Shown here: positions 9,769-25,151 of the stretch, piece by piece | Position numbering within the stretch: position 1 is the first letter of the stretch | Layout of the letters: the number at the start of each line of letters is the position of its first letter | Assembly: GCA_963717935.1 (NCBI GenBank) | Contig: CAVQXP010000004.1 | Span: forward strand, 2,016,001-2,080,000 | Reading direction: 5' to 3' | DNA length: 64,000 nt | From: Candidatus Eiseniibacteriota bacterium | GTDB taxonomy: Bacteria; Eisenbacteria; RBG-16-71-46 | Translations under genes and position numbers: made by a program | Notes under the pieces: model-generated | What the model was told of the DNA's origin: nothing | Seen by the model: only the letters and a program-made list of their open reading frames with translations | The model's database searches: none

Positions 9769-11612
9769 ATGAGAGTCCTACCTCCGGCTGCTGCGCTACC
9801 TGCGACCGTACCTGCGCGCGCCTCGTCGTGGCGCTGGCCTGCATGGCGGATCTTCGCGGCCACGAACTTCGTCTCGCTCGGCATGATCTCGCCGCTCATG
9901 AGCGTGCTCTTCCGCCCGGGCGCCGGCGCGCAGGTGACCACGACGGCGCCCGCGCCGATGACCGTCGTCACGGGCGGCGTGCAGCTGCCAGCGCGGCTCT
10001 CGGAGCTGGGCGAGCGCTGGATCGTGCGGGCCAGTCCGCTCGTGGCGCTCGAGCGGATCTGCGTCGTCCTGATCGTGGTCTTCGTGGTGAAGAACCTGGC
10101 CGACTACCTGCAGTCCTTCCTCATGGTCTCGGTCGAGCAGGGGGTGATCCGCGACCTGCGCTCGGCCCTCTACGGCCACCTGCAGGAGCTCTCGCTCTCG
10201 TTCTATCACGGCCGCCGCACCGGGATGCTGGTCTCGCGCGTCACGAACGACATGGAGTACCTGCGCGCGGCGCTGGCGTCGAGCATCAGCAACCTGGTGA
10301 AGCAGGGGCTCACGCTGGCGGGCGCGCTCACGTGGGTATTCGTGACCTCGTGGCAGCTGGCGCTGCTCTCGCTGCTGGTCGTGCCGCCGCTGGGGCTGAC
10401 GCTCGCGGCCGTGGGGCGCAAGATGCGCAAGCGCTCGGGACGCGCGCAGGAGCGCATGGCGGACATGACCGCCATCCTGCAGGAGTCGATCGCCGGGGTG
10501 CGGGTGGTGAAGGCCTTCCGGATGGAGGCCTTCGAGCGGCGCCGCTTCGACCGGGCGAACCAGGGCTTCTACGGGGCCTTCGTGCACCTGCGCCGGGTCT
10601 CGGCGGCGGCCCAGCCGCTGACCGAGCTGGCGATCGTGCTCGGTGGCGGTGGCGATGCTCTGGTTCGGCGGGCGGCAGATCTTCGCGAACCACGGCCTCG
10701 CCCCGCAGGCGTTCATGCTCTTCGTCGGCGCGCTGCTCACCACGCTCTCGCCGATCAAGAGCCTGGCCGAGGTGAACGCGAACATCCAGCAGGGCGTGGC
10801 CGCGGCCCAGCGGGTCTTCTCCATGCTCGATACGGCGCCGGCGATCACGGACCGCCCCGGGGCCGGGGCCCTGCCGGTGCTCGCGGACCGCATCCGCTAC
10901 GAGCGCGTCTCGTTCGCCTACGAGCCCGGCCGGCCGGTGCTCGAGGACGTCTCCTTCGAGCTGCGCCGCGGCGAGGTCGTGGCCCTGGTGGGATCGAGCG
11001 GGGCGGGGAAGAGCACCGTGATGGACCTGCTGGCGCGGTTCTACGAGCCGACGGCGGGGCGTATCACCCTGGACGGCGTGGACCTGCGGGATGGCACCAT
11101 GGCGTCGCTGCGGGCCCAGCTGGGCATCGTGACGCAGGAGACCATCCTGTTCCACGACACGGTGCGCGCGAACATCGCCTACGGGCTGGCGGACGCGAGC
11201 GACGAGTCCGTGCGCGCGGCCGCGGCCGCGGCCCACGCCGACGACTTCATCCGCGGCCTCGCCCACGGCTACGAGACGGTGATCGGGGAGCGCGGCGCTG
11301 AAGCTGTCGGGCGGGGAGCGGCAGCGGCTGGCCATCGCGCGGGCGCTGCTCAAGAACCCGCCCATCCTGCTGCTCGACGAGGCGACCTCGTCGCTCGACA
11401 CGGAGAGCGAGCGGCTGGTCCAGGAGGCGCTCGAGCGACTGATGCACGACCGCACCGTGCTGGTCATCGCGCACCGGCTGTCCACCGTGCAGCACGCGGA
11501 CCGCATCCTGGTGCTGGAGCAGGGCCGCGTCGCGGAGTCCGGCACGCATCGGGAGCTGATGGAGCGGGACGGGATCTACCGCCGGCTCTATGAGCTCCAG
11601 TTCGCGGGCTGA
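9769..11612 (+). CDS. msbA: MsbA-like lipid A ABC exporter (apparent frameshifts)
   Basis: TM domain with G.LVSRVTND and LQESIAG.RVVKAF; NBD with GSSGAGKST, then [15 protein letters not shown] and LDEATSSLD in the next frame; context is the lipid A cluster. Confidence 0.85.
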
Positions 11613-11613
11613 G

Positions 11614-12673
11614 GTGAAGCCGGCTGCGCGTCCCGCCCGGGGGCTTCCGCCGCATCGCCGTGCTGCGGCTCTCGTCGCTGGGCGACGTCGTCCTGGCGCT
11701 GCCGGTCGCGCACGAGCTGGCCCGGGCGTTCCCCGGGGCGCGGATCGACCTTCTGGACGAAGGAGGAGTACGCCGACGTCGCTGCGCTTCGACCCGGCGA
11801 TCGCGCACGTGCGCAGCCTGGAGCGGGACGCGCGCCGCTCGAGGACCTGGTCTCGATGAGCGCCGAGCTCGAGGACTGCGACCTGATCGTGGACCTGCAC
11901 GGCAGCCTGCGCACGCGCCTGCTCACCTTCCGGCAGCGGGCGCCGGTGCTGCGCGCGCCCGTCGTACCGGCTGCGGCGCGCCCGCTGGGTGCGGGCGCGC
12001 TGGACGCGGCCCGGCGCCCGTGCCGCACGCGCTCGAGCGCTACGCCCGCTCGCTGCGGCCGATCGGGCTTGACGAGCACGGAGGCTGCCGCGCGGAGTCG
12101 CGGGGACGCGGGGGCCGAGGCGTGGATGGAGGAGTGGCTGCGGCGCGTGGCCGGGTGCCGGAAGTCGCGGTGGCGCTCTGCCCGGGAGCGCGGCACGCGA
12201 CGAAGCGCTGGCCGGAGGAGCACTGGCTGGCAGCTGCACCGCTCGCTCCGCGGCGCGGGGCGCGCGGTTGCTGTACCTCTCGCTCGAGGCGGAGCGCCGG
12301 TCGCTGCCTGCGCTTGGCGACGTGCGCCGAAGGGGATCCGCAGGTCCGCTGGTGCACCGAGCCGCTGGGCCGCATGGCCGCGGCGCTCAGCGCTGCCGCG
12401 GCCGCGGTCACGCACGACAGCGGCCTGATGCACCTGGCCGCGGCGCGCGGGACGCGCGTGGTCGCGCTCTTCGGCAGCACGTCGCCCGCGCTGGGCTTCG
12501 CGCCGACGGGCGACGGGCACGTCGTGCTGTGCCGGAACGAGCCGCTGCCAGCCCTGCACGCTCCACGGCCGCGCGAGCGTTGTCCGGAGGGCCACTTCGA
12601 CTGCATGCGCAAGCTCGAGCCGGAGCAGGTCGTGGACGCGCTGCGTCGCGCGTGGAGGCGCTCGCGGGCCTGA
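11614..12673 (+). CDS. Glycosyltransferase family 9, heptosyltransferase-like (apparent frameshifts)
   Basis: LRLSSLGDVVL, DLIVDLH, ALCPGARHATKRWP, THDSGLMHLAAA, LFGST. Confidence 0.85.
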
Positions 12674-16428
<3,755 letters not shown>

Positions 16429-16448
16429 GGAACCGCGGCTGCGGGTCG

Positions 16449-17535
16449 CTACGGCGCGGCGGTGAGGTCGATTTGGTAGTCCTGCCGGCCTGGCTGGCTG
16501 CGGTAGCGCAGCTCGTGCCCCGCGACCTGGAGCCGGTCGTGAGAGAGCCAGCCGTCCGCGACCAGCTCCTGAAGCCCGCCGGGGTAGACGCCGTGCTCCC
16601 GCCGGTACAGGTCCAGAGCCATGCGCAGGTCGCGGACCTGGGCGGCCGCGAAGATGTCGATGCCGCCGGGCCGCGCGGCCGTTGGCGCAGCGACGTGCGA
16701 GGTCATCCGCAGGGCGACGACGGCAGCGATCAGCAGGACCGCCACGGCGAGGTCCCGCTCCCAGCGGATCCGGGCGGGGCGCGCCGCCGTCGGCAGTGCC
16801 GATACGGACGGGGAGATCCCGGGCTCGCGACGTCCGACCGGCTCGACCCATCCTGCCTCGACCATGCCGCTGCAGCGCTTCGCAGGTCTCGTACTCGGAC
16901 AGCGGCGCGGCGGCCACCACCTCGTCGAGGGTGTGACGGCCGTCGATGATGCCGAAGAGTTCACGCTCCTCGTCGCCGAGGTCCACGTCCGGGGTCGGGC
17001 AGGTCGCGCAGACCGAGGACCTGATGCCGATCGGGGAACATCGCGCCGTAGCGCTTCTGCTCGTCGGAGCGGCGCGCCACCTCCATGAGGATGCCGTCGA
17101 TGCTGAGGCGGACGAGCAGGGGCTGGGTCCAGCGCAGGTGCGGGTCGAAACGGTAGGTGCCGTCTCTCCCAGCGCGCCAGACGCATGAGGTCGTCGAGGA
17201 TCTGCCGTTCGACGAAGCTCGCCAGTTCCTCGGCGTCGAGGTAGCGGCCGTTCAGGAGCAGGTCCTCGAGGTCGCGGGACGATTCGCGCTGGATGGTGAG
17301 GATGCCCGCGGTGCTGCTCGTCGGACAGCCGGTGCGCCTGCTTCAGGAAGCGCATCAGCGGGTCGTCCTTCGCCAGGCCGGGAGTGCGCGTCGAGACCAC
17401 GCGGCCGTCCTGCACGTAGATCACCACATGCTGTCCGCCCTGCTCGAGCGTGAGGCAGCCGGTCTTCTTCTGCGTGCCGAGGAGCTGCAGGATCTCGCTG
17501 GCGGAGAAGTCGCGGAGGTTCCCCTGGAGGGCCAT
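16449..17535 (-). CDS. DUF4388 (PATAN-like) domain protein with TM helix and GspG-like C-terminal domain (apparent frameshifts)
   Basis: N-terminal MALQGNLRDFSASEILQLLGTQKKTGCL; C-terminal TM then LRMALDLYRREHGVYP..LQELV. Confidence 0.75.
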
Positions 17536-17543
17536 GGTGACTC

Positions 17544-19610
17544 CTACGCAGCCAGCGCCGAATGGTCGCGGCCGGAGAGGCGGATGCGACTCCGGACCGG
17601 CGCGGCCTGCGCGGCTTCCACCGCATCGGCGCGGATCACGTTGCCGAAGTAGCCCAGGATCGAGATGGCGTAGATGGCCAACCAGGCGCCGACCTGCACC
17701 GCGAACGGGATCTCCTGGACCGGGACCGCGAGCCCGGTCTCGTAGGAGAACGGCGCGCCGAACCCCGCCGCGATCGCCACGAGCGCTGCACTCGCGGCCA
17801 GCAGCAGGACGGCGGGCATCACGCGGCGGAAGGAGAGCAGGCCGTAGCCGGGGATCAGCATCGCCAGCGCGGTGCGCAGCAGGCGCCGTGAGCGGCGCAC
17901 CTGGACGCGGTGTTGGACCAGCAGGACGCGCCCGAAGTCGGGGGTCTCGGCGCGGGCCTCGACCGCGGCGCACGCCGGGCACAGCGCCGTCTCGCGCCGC
18001 CGGCAGGCGCAGCGCCGACAGATGACGGCGCCGCAGTTGTTGCAGGTGCGCAGGGGCACGGCCCGCTGCGCTCGGCCACCCGCGGCGAGCGCGAGCAGCG
18101 CGAGCAGGAGCGCGGCGGCGCTGACGCCCCAGCCCGACGCTTCGATGCTCGACCGCCAGGCCGGTGGCGGCACTCCGCGGCCGGACGCCACGCCGCGCTG
18201 CCCGGAGAGGACGGCCCAGAACGAGCGCGGCGCGATCCACTGGTCGACGAGCGGCAGGACGCCGTCGTCACTCGCGACGGACTGGTAGGTCTTCACCAGA
18301 TCGAAGTTGAGCGCCGCGGCGCGCGAGAGCGCGTCGGTGGCGGCGCGGAACTCAAAGCGCTGCGTGTAGATCTGCGAGGCGTTGAACGCGGCCGCGGCAT
18401 TCGCGTGGTTCACCGCCCCCGCGTGCCGGTAGGCTTCAAGGGCCTCGTCGGTGCGTCCCTGCATGGCCAGGACGTTCCCGAGGTTGTTCAGGGCGCGGTC
18501 ATCGTCCGGGCTCAGTTCGAGGGCGCGGCGGTACCCGGCCTCCGCGGCCTGCAGGTCGCCGTCGCGACGGGCCGTCCACGCCGCGGCGAACTGCAGGAAG
18601 GGGTCCTCGGGATGGCGGCTGCCGAGCGTGGTGAGCTCCGGCTGACGCCCCTGCGCGGGCGACTCGGTCGCCAGCAGCGGAACGCCGTGGAAGGGTGGCT
18701 GGCCCTCGCGCAGAGGCGTGCCGAGATGATCGAGTGAGCCGACGACCCACGGTGCAGCCACCAGGAGGCCGACGAGGCACACGAAGACCGCGCGCTCGGC
18801 AGCCTTGAGAGACGGCCACAGCAGGCCGAGGAAGATCACCGTCGGGAGTGCGAGGCCGAAGCCCGTGGCGAATGGCAGGACAAGGATGGCCCACGCCCAC
18901 CAGCGCGCGGTGGCGGGGCTGGCGAAGCGCGCGAGGCGTTCGGTCAAGGCGTGCCGCAACTCGCGGTTGCGCAGGCCCAGCACGATGAGCCCGGCCGCGA
19001 GGACCCCAAGGAAGAGCGACTGGAACGCGAGGTAGAGCGCATTGCCGAGCAAGGCGAGCTGGAGGAGGAAGTTCTCGCGCCCGAGCTCGATCACGCTGGC
19101 GTATTGCAGCAGGGCCTGGCTCGGCTCGCGCAGCAGGAGCCAGGAAGCCAGCGTCAGGTGCGGGGCGATGAACGCCGGGTCCAACTCGGCGGCGCCACGC
19201 ACCAGGCGGATGGCATCGTCACGGCTCCCCGACTGGGCCAGCATGAGGCCGCGCCGGTAGAAGAGCCGGGCCTCGAGCGGCAAGCCGACGAGGTGGTTGC
19301 GGGCCCTGTACTCCAGCCACGCCGGCAGGTCGTTCAGGTCCTGGGGCGGCGGCACGATGGCCACGGCCCCGGGGACGTGCTTCGCCTGCGCGGTGGCGAG
19401 CACGGAAACAGTCGCGGGCGTCGTCCCGTAGGCGGCGGTCAGCCCCTGGGCGGAGGCGGGTGCCTGGGCACCGGCCGAGACGCCAGCCGTCAGAGCCGAA
19501 AGCGCGAGCGCGCACGCCAGACCACGGGCTGGACGCAGGGCGGGAAGGCGATGCGGCCATGGGGTCCAGCGCCGGCTGGCGGGGAGACGTCGTCCGTCGG
19601 ATTCGTGCAT
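17544..19610 (-). CDS. Multi-pass membrane TPR protein with Cys-rich Zn-finger-like segment
   Basis: Signal-like N-terminus, TPRs (ALNNLGNVL...EALEAYR), several hydrophobic helices, CNNC..IC.RC......LCPAC. Confidence 0.8.
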   Translation of the reverse strand: MHESDGRRLPASRRWTPWPHRLPALRPARGLACALALSALTAGVSAGAQAPASAQGLTAAYGTTPATVSVLATAQAKHVPGAVAIVPPPQDLNDLPAWLEYRARNHLVGLPLEARLFYRRGLMLAQSGSRDDAIRLVRGAAELDPAFIAPHLTLASWLLLREPSQALLQYASVIELGRENFLLQLALLGNALYLAFQSLFLGVLAAGLIVLGLRNRELRHALTERLARFASPATARWWAWAILVLPFATGFGLALPTVIFLGLLWPSLKAAERAVFVCLVGLLVAAPWVVGSLDHLGTPLREGQPPFHGVPLLATESPAQGRQPELTTLGSRHPEDPFLQFAAAWTARRDGDLQAAEAGYRRALELSPDDDRALNNLGNVLAMQGRTDEALEAYRHAGAVNHANAAAAFNASQIYTQRFEFRAATDALSRAAALNFDLVKTYQSVASDDGVLPLVDQWIAPRSFWAVLSGQRGVASGRGVPPPAWRSSIEASGWGVSAAALLLALLALAAGGRAQRAVPLRTCNNCGAVICRRCACRRRETALCPACAAVEARAETPDFGRVLLVQHRVQVRRSRRLLRTALAMLIPGYGLLSFRRVMPAVLLLAASAALVAIAAGFGAPFSYETGLAVPVQEIPFAVQVGAWLAIYAISILGYFGNVIRADAVEAAQAAPVRSRIRLSGRDHSALAA

Positions 19611-19624
19611 TCAGTCGCAGTCCC

Positions 19625-19653
19625 TTGACAGTCCCAGAAGGCGACCCTAACGT
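19625..19653 (+). promoter_or_regulatory. Putative sigma70 promoter for asnS
   Basis: TTGACA-N17-TAACGT. Confidence 0.55.
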
Positions 19654-19744
19654 GCCTCGCTTCAACGTGGTTATCGGCGCCGGTTGCGGTCCCCTTGAGG
19701 GGTTTCTGCCCCGGCCCGGGGCGGGAGACGTGCGGGAGGGAAGG

Positions 19745-21061
19745 ATGATCGGAGCGTCGGGCGCTGGTTCGCCCTGGGTGCGGATTTGCGAGGCCGGGGC
19801 CCACGTGGGCTCGGTCGTGGAGGTGCGTGGGTGGCTGGTCCACCACCGCTCCAGCGGCAAGGTCCAGTTCCTGGTCCTGCGGGACGGCTCAGGGATCCTG
19901 CAGTGCGTGGCGGCGCGAAGCGATCTCCCGGCGGAGCAGTGGGATGCCCTCGGCGCGCTCACGCTGGAATCCGCGCTGGTCGTCCAGGGGAGTCTGCGGG
20001 CCGACGCGCGCGCCCCGGGCGGCGTCGAGATGGGCCTGCACTCGGTGAGCGTCGTGTCGGTGGCCGAGGCCTACCCGATCACGCCCAAGGAGCATGGCAC
20101 CGACTTCCTCATGGACCACCGGCACCTGTGGCTGCGCTCGTCTCGGCAGCAGGCCATCCTGCGACTCCGGGCGGAGCTCGTCAGCGCCCTGCGTGACTTC
20201 ATGGATGGAGAGGGATTCCTGCTGGTGGACTCGCCGATCTTCACGCCGAGCGCGTGCGAGGGCACGAGCACGCTCTTCGAAACCGAGTACTTCGACGAGA
20301 AGGCCTATCTGACGCAGAGTGGCCAACTGTATCAGGAGGCCGCGGCCCTGGCGTTCGGGCGCGCGTACTGCTTCGGGCCGGTGTTCCGGGCCGAGAAGAG
20401 CAAGACGCGCCGGCACCTGATCGAGTTCTGGATGATGGAGCCGGAGTGGGCCTTCGCGACGCTCGAGGACGTGATCGCCCTCGAGGAGCGCCTGCTCGTC
20501 TCGGTGGTGGGACGCATCCTCGAGCGAAGGACCGAGGAGTTGAAGATCCTCGAACGCGACACGTCGGCGCTGGAGCGGGTGCAGGCTCCTTTCGCCCGCA
20601 TGCACTACACCGAGGCCGTCGAGCGCCTGCACGCCGCTGGCAAGACCTTCGAGTGGGGCAGCGACTTCGGCGCGCCGGACGAGACGGCGCTCTCGGAGCA
20701 GTTCGCAACGCCGCTGTTCGTGACGAACTACCCCGCGGCAGTCAAGGCGTTCTACATGGAGCCGGATCCCGCGGATCCCGCGCTCAGCCTCTCGTGCGAC
20801 TGCCTTGCCCCCGAGGGCTACGGCGAGATCATCGGCGGCGGACAGCGCATGGCCTCGCTCGAGTTGCTGACGCGCCGGATCGAGGAACAGGGCCTGCCGC
20901 AGGAGGCCTTCGAGTGGTACAAGGACCTGCGCCGCTACGGCAGCGTGCCACATTCCGGCTTCGGGATCGGCGTCGAGCGCACGCTCGCGTGGATCGCCGG
21001 ACTGGACCACCTGCGCGAGACGATTCCCTTCCCGCGGATGCTCAACCGGCTGAAGCCGTAG
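19745..21061 (+). CDS. asnS: Asparagine--tRNA ligase
   Basis: OB-fold RGW...[69 protein letters not shown]. Confidence 0.95.
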   Translation: MIGASGAGSPWVRICEAGAHVGSVVEVRGWLVHHRSSGKVQFLVLRDGSGILQCVAARSDLPAEQWDALGALTLESALVVQGSLRADARAPGGVEMGLHSVSVVSVAEAYPITPKEHGTDFLMDHRHLWLRSSRQQAILRLRAELVSALRDFMDGEGFLLVDSPIFTPSACEGTSTLFETEYFDEKAYLTQSGQLYQEAAALAFGRAYCFGPVFRAEKSKTRRHLIEFWMMEPEWAFATLEDVIALEERLLVSVVGRILERRTEELKILERDTSALERVQAPFARMHYTEAVERLHAAGKTFEWGSDFGAPDETALSEQFATPLFVTNYPAAVKAFYMEPDPADPALSLSCDCLAPEGYGEIIGGGQRMASLELLTRRIEEQGLPQEAFEWYKDLRRYGSVPHSGFGIGVERTLAWIAGLDHLRETIPFPRMLNRLKP

Positions 21062-21451
21062 CCCGCGCCAGCGGCCCCGTAGCCCGCGCACGACGCTCAC
21101 GCCCACGCGGCCCGCAGGCGGGGGCGTGCCGACTCGACGGGGAACTCTGCCGCGGGAATCGTCAGGCGCGAAGGGCAGTCCTTCGTCGTGCCTCACGGGG
21201 GCAGGGGGGCCGGCAGAAGTCACCCGGAGAGGGAAAGGGGAGTCCGCATTCACCCCAGCGAGAGGCGTGACGTGTCCGCGTCGCTGCACATGTTGCTGAC
21301 TTCGCCTGGAAGCGGGACGCGAAACAGTCGGGGACTCCCCACTTCATCCGGTGCCTGGGCCGCGCTTGACGCTGGCGCGACCGGTGCCGGGAGTCTAGCG
21401 AATCGGCGCGACTCCGGGCAAGAACAAAGGTGCGGCGCGGAGGGGGAGGCC

Positions 21452-21480
21452 TTGACACCCCCGCCCCGCCCTCCTAGTCT
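21452..21480 (+). promoter_or_regulatory. Putative sigma70 promoter (distal) for the PstS-like/TonB operon
   Basis: TTGACA-N17-TAGTCT. Confidence 0.55.
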
Positions 21481-21529
21481 GGCCAACTGGAGTTTCTCGA
21501 GGTGGCAGCCAGGCGGCCGGAAGTAGAGG

Positions 21530-22519
21530 GTGTGGCAGGCTTTGATTGACAAGGTGCGACTCCGCTTCCTAAACTCTGGGGGCTTCGGCGTCCGGGTTTG
21601 CCGTGGCCCGAAGGGGTCACGGTGGGCGGTTGCTTTCCTGCTGGTGCTGGCAGCGTCGGCAGGTTGCGCCTCCCAGCGACGCCCTGGCGTCGTGGAAGAC
21701 TCCCTGACGAGCGGGCGTATTGTGATCGTGTGTGCTCCAGAGGCCCGCGACCTCATCCTCCGGGAACGGGATGCCTTCCAGGCGCTCTATCCCCAGGCGA
21801 GCATCGAGGTTCGGACGGGCACCTCCCGGGACGCGGTGAGCGCGCTGTTCGCTGCGCGTTGCGGAGCTGGGGTGATCACCCGGGAGCTGGCCCCCGAGGA
21901 GCGGGAGGCGGCGGTCCGGGGTGGGCTGGAGTTGGAGGGTTACCGTTTTGCCCGGGACGCGCTGGTGGCGGTCGTGCATCCGTCGAACCCCGTGCAGAAC
22001 ATTTCGTTGCCGAAGTTGCGGGCTGTCTACGCCGGAGACGTGCGGGAGTGGTCGCAGTTGGCGGGCGTGCGACAGGGCATCCGCCCGGTCGTACAATCGA
22101 TGGAGTCCGATGTGACGGCATTCTTCATCGAAGAGGTCATGCAGGGAGAGCCGATTCGGGCGCGGGTCTTCACGGAGGACTCGGACTCCGCCGTGGTCGC
22201 ACACGTCTTGCGGGATCCGCAGGCGGTGGGCTACGTGACCCTGGCGTGGGCGGAGCGCGGGGCGCGAGCCCTGCAGGTCTCGCCGCTGACCGGGTTGGCC
22301 TACACGCGGCCGGACGCCGAGACCGTCTACGCGGGGAAGTACCCCCTCAACCGTCTCTTCAACTACTACGTGAGGGCGGGGGGCCCCCTGCTCGCTAACG
22401 GATTCGTCACGTTCATCACCAGTACGAGCGGGCAGAGGATCGTCCACGAGTCCGGCTTCGTGCCGACCTCGGTGCCGGTGCGCTTCGTACGCCGCTCCCC
22501 GATGCTCAAGAGCCATTGA
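21530..22519 (+). CDS. PstS-like (PBP2) substrate-binding lipoprotein; start codon uncertain
   Basis: Lipobox LAASAG-C; A.DALVAVVHP.NPV, L..VY.G....W, GKYPL.R are PstS-family patterns. Confidence 0.8.
   Translation: MWQALIDKVRLRFLNSGGFGVRVCRGPKGSRWAVAFLLVLAASAGCASQRRPGVVEDSLTSGRIVIVCAPEARDLILRERDAFQALYPQASIEVRTGTSRDAVSALFAARCGAGVITRELAPEEREAAVRGGLELEGYRFARDALVAVVHPSNPVQNISLPKLRAVYAGDVREWSQLAGVRQGIRPVVQSMESDVTAFFIEEVMQGEPIRARVFTEDSDSAVVAHVLRDPQAVGYVTLAWAERGARALQVSPLTGLAYTRPDAETVYAGKYPLNRLFNYYVRAGGPLLANGFVTFITSTSGQRIVHESGFVPTSVPVRFVRRSPMLKSH
21546..21575 (+). promoter_or_regulatory. Putative second sigma70 promoter (proximal)
   Basis: TTGACA-N18-TAAACT; lies inside the 5' end of the long ORF, so the true start may be downstream of 21530. 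Confidence 0.4.
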
Positions 22520-22541
22520 CAGGAGAACGGACCCGAACGCC

Positions 22542-24395
22542 ATGAGAATCTCGAGCGCTTTTCGAACGGACCTCTGGCTACTGGCTGCGCTGGTTGGCTT
22601 GACGCTCACGATGCTGCCTGGAACGTCCAGGGCGGACGCGCTCCGGGACGGACGAAGCGCGCTGCAGGCGGGCCGGCTGGACGACGCGCTCCGCTTCTTC
22701 GAGCAGGCGGCCATGCAGGGCGTCGCCGAAGGACGTGCGGGAGTCGGCCTCGTCCGGCTCAAGCGGCACCAGCTGGCCAGCGCCAACGAGGCGTTCCAGC
22801 TCGCCGAGCGGATGGACAACCAGCTGGCCATGGCCCACTACGGGCAGGCCGAGGTGTTGCGGCAGCAGGAGAAGTGCGAGGAGGCGGTGCCCAAGTTCGA
22901 GCGCGCGGTGGAGCTGGACCGCCGCTACCCGGAGGCGCAACTCGGCCTGAGCGCGTGTCTCACGCAGCTCGGCCGGTACGCCGAGGCGGTCGCTGCGGCG
23001 TACCGCGGGCTCAACTGGGGTTCGAAATGGCGGCCCCGGTTCCTGATCGCGCTCGGCAACACCGCGGCAGCCCGCGACTCTCTGCGGGACGCCGGCATCT
23101 GGTACACGACCGCCGCGCAGGAATCGCCCGATGACCCGGCCACCCACCGCGCGCTCGGCGACTTCTACGTCAAGCGCGGCACGTTCGACCTGGCGTATCC
23201 GGAATACCAGTCGGCCGTGGCGCGCGACTCGGGCGACGTCGAGCTGCACTTCGCGCTGGGCCAGGCGCTCTACTACGGGCAGCGCTACGTGTCGGCGCTC
23301 GAGGAGTTCCAGTGGGTGGTCGCCCGCGACCCCGAGTTCCCGGCGGCCCAGTTCGCCCTGGGCAACCTGCTCTACCTCTCGGGCAAGGCCGAGACCTGGC
23401 GCTACGCCTCGGCCCGCGCCCCGCTCGAGAAGTACGTGCAACTCAGGCCCGAAGACCCCAAGGGGTGGAGCGTGCTCGGGCGCACGTACTACTATGTTGG
23501 GCTCTCCGACACGGACTCCACGCTCAAGGACAAGGCGCTCGAGGCCCTGGACAGGGCGGAGCGGCTCGGCGACAAGTCGAAGGAGATGTACACGATCCGT
23601 GCGCGACTCCACATCGACCGACGGGAGTTCGACCTGGCGACGCAGGACTACGACCGGGCGGGGAACGACCTGTCGCCGGAAGACGTCTACCGGCAGGCCC
23701 GCCTGCTGACCATCCAGAAGAACCCCGCTCGGGCGGAGTCGCTCTACCTGGCCATCGTCGACCGTGACTCGACCTCACGGATGGCCGGGGTGGCCCTGAA
23801 CGAGATCGGGAAGATGCGTTTCGGGCAGGCGGCGGACGCCGCGAAGGTGGACAAGCAGGCCGCGGCGCCGTTCTACCGGCAGACCATCGGCATCTTCGAG
23901 CGTCGGATCTCGCTTGACCCGGACAACGACGAGGCCTACTACTACGTCGGTTTGTCCCACCGGGAGCTGGGGCAGTACCCGGAAGCGATCGCCGCGATGC
24001 GCGAGTCCGCGAGTCTCGCCGATGGCAGGGCGGACCGCCACTTCTGGCTCGGACTCCTGTACGTCCAGGCGGATTCTGCCGGCCAGGCGGAGCAGGAGTT
24101 CCAGCGCGTGGTCGATCTCGACACCGGAAATTCGAACAACAAGGCCATCGCACTGCGGCAGCTCGGGTACTACCGCCTGCTGCGGAAGGAGTACGGGGCG
24201 GCGATCGATCTTCTGGAAGAGTCCGCCAGCATCAATCCCAGGGACGCCGGGACACTCCTGTGGCTGGCGCAGGGCTACCAGAACTCGGGCAATCGCGGGC
24301 GAGCCGCGGAGAACTACCGGCGGGTGCTGACGCTGGACCCGGGCAATGCCGACGCACGAAACGGCCTGAAGATCCTCGAGGGCGGAGCCAGGTAG
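22542..24395 (+). CDS. Exported TPR protein
   Basis: Signal peptide ending SRA-D, followed by more than 10 TPR-like repeats. Confidence 0.88.
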   Translation: MRISSAFRTDLWLLAALVGLTLTMLPGTSRADALRDGRSALQAGRLDDALRFFEQAAMQGVAEGRAGVGLVRLKRHQLASANEAFQLAERMDNQLAMAHYGQAEVLRQQEKCEEAVPKFERAVELDRRYPEAQLGLSACLTQLGRYAEAVAAAYRGLNWGSKWRPRFLIALGNTAAARDSLRDAGIWYTTAAQESPDDPATHRALGDFYVKRGTFDLAYPEYQSAVARDSGDVELHFALGQALYYGQRYVSALEEFQWVVARDPEFPAAQFALGNLLYLSGKAETWRYASARAPLEKYVQLRPEDPKGWSVLGRTYYYVGLSDTDSTLKDKALEALDRAERLGDKSKEMYTIRARLHIDRREFDLATQDYDRAGNDLSPEDVYRQARLLTIQKNPARAESLYLAIVDRDSTSRMAGVALNEIGKMRFGQAADAAKVDKQAAAPFYRQTIGIFERRISLDPDNDEAYYYVGLSHRELGQYPEAIAAMRESASLADGRADRHFWLGLLYVQADSAGQAEQEFQRVVDLDTGNSNNKAIALRQLGYYRLLRKEYGAAIDLLEESASINPRDAGTLLWLAQGYQNSGNRGRAAENYRRVLTLDPGNADARNGLKILEGGAR

Positions 24396-24406
24396 GGAGG
24401 AGTCCC

Positions 24407-24748
24407 ATGAAGCAACGCCAGGTGGGCAGCATCTACATCGTCACGCCGAAAGGGTACCTCACCGGCGGCACCGAGACGGACGAACTGGAGCAGGCCATCA
24501 AGCAGCTCGGCGAGATCGATTGCAAGCATCTCGTCATCAATCTGGCCGAGGCCCAGCACCTCAATTCGACCGCGCTCGGCGTGCTCATCTCGGCGCATTC
24601 CAACTTCGTCCGCCGTGGCGGGCAGATGAAGCTCTGCTCGGTGGACAAGCGCATCGAGAATATCTTCGTCATCACGAAGCTGTCGCTCGTGTTCGACGTC
24701 TACGCGAGCGAGGAGCAGGCGATCGCCAGCTTCGCCGAGAAGGAATGA
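24407..24748 (+). CDS. STAS domain anti-sigma factor antagonist
   Basis: LVINL....LNSTALGVLI...GGQMKL...IF.ITKL..VF; GGAGGAG RBS. Confidence 0.88.
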   Translation: MKQRQVGSIYIVTPKGYLTGGTETDELEQAIKQLGEIDCKHLVINLAEAQHLNSTALGVLISAHSNFVRRGGQMKLCSVDKRIENIFVITKLSLVFDVYASEEQAIASFAEKE

Positions 24749-24803
24749 GCCTGGCCGGGGAGCCCGCCCTGCCGATGGCAGGGGGCCGCAGGATCGGGAA
24801 GGA

Positions 24804-25151
24804 GTGAACGTGTCCGTACACCGCAGGCAGGTCCGGAGCATCGTCGTGGTGTCCATGAAGGGCAGCTTCTTCGGGGACCGCGAGACGGACGATCTGCAGA
24901 AGGCCATCCTGGACGAGGCCGCCAGCGGGAACATCCGGCTCGTGCTCAACATGAGCGAGTGTCAGTCGCTGAACTCGACCGCGCTCGGGGTGCTGATCCG
25001 CGGGCACGCGAACTACCGGGGCCGCGGCGGCGAGGTCAAGCTCTGTGGCCTGGGCAAGCGAATCAAGGATCTTTTCACCATGACGAAGCTCATCATGGTG
25101 TTCGACCACCACGAGACCGAGAACGAGGCGATCGCGGCGTTCGCGGAGTAG
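24804..25151 (+). CDS. STAS domain anti-sigma factor antagonist (paralog)
   Basis: LVLNM....LNSTALGVLI...GGEVKL...LF.MTKL..VF; AAGGAG RBS. Confidence 0.88.
   Translation: MNVSVHRRQVRSIVVVSMKGSFFGDRETDDLQKAILDEAASGNIRLVLNMSECQSLNSTALGVLIRGHANYRGRGGEVKLCGLGKRIKDLFTMTKLIMVFDHHETENEAIAAFAE

Noticed and set aside
21056..21089. 13-bp direct repeat CCGTAGCCCGCGC x2 at the asnS stop
   Set aside because: Only two copies with a short spacer; not a CRISPR array and no adjacent integrase or IS.
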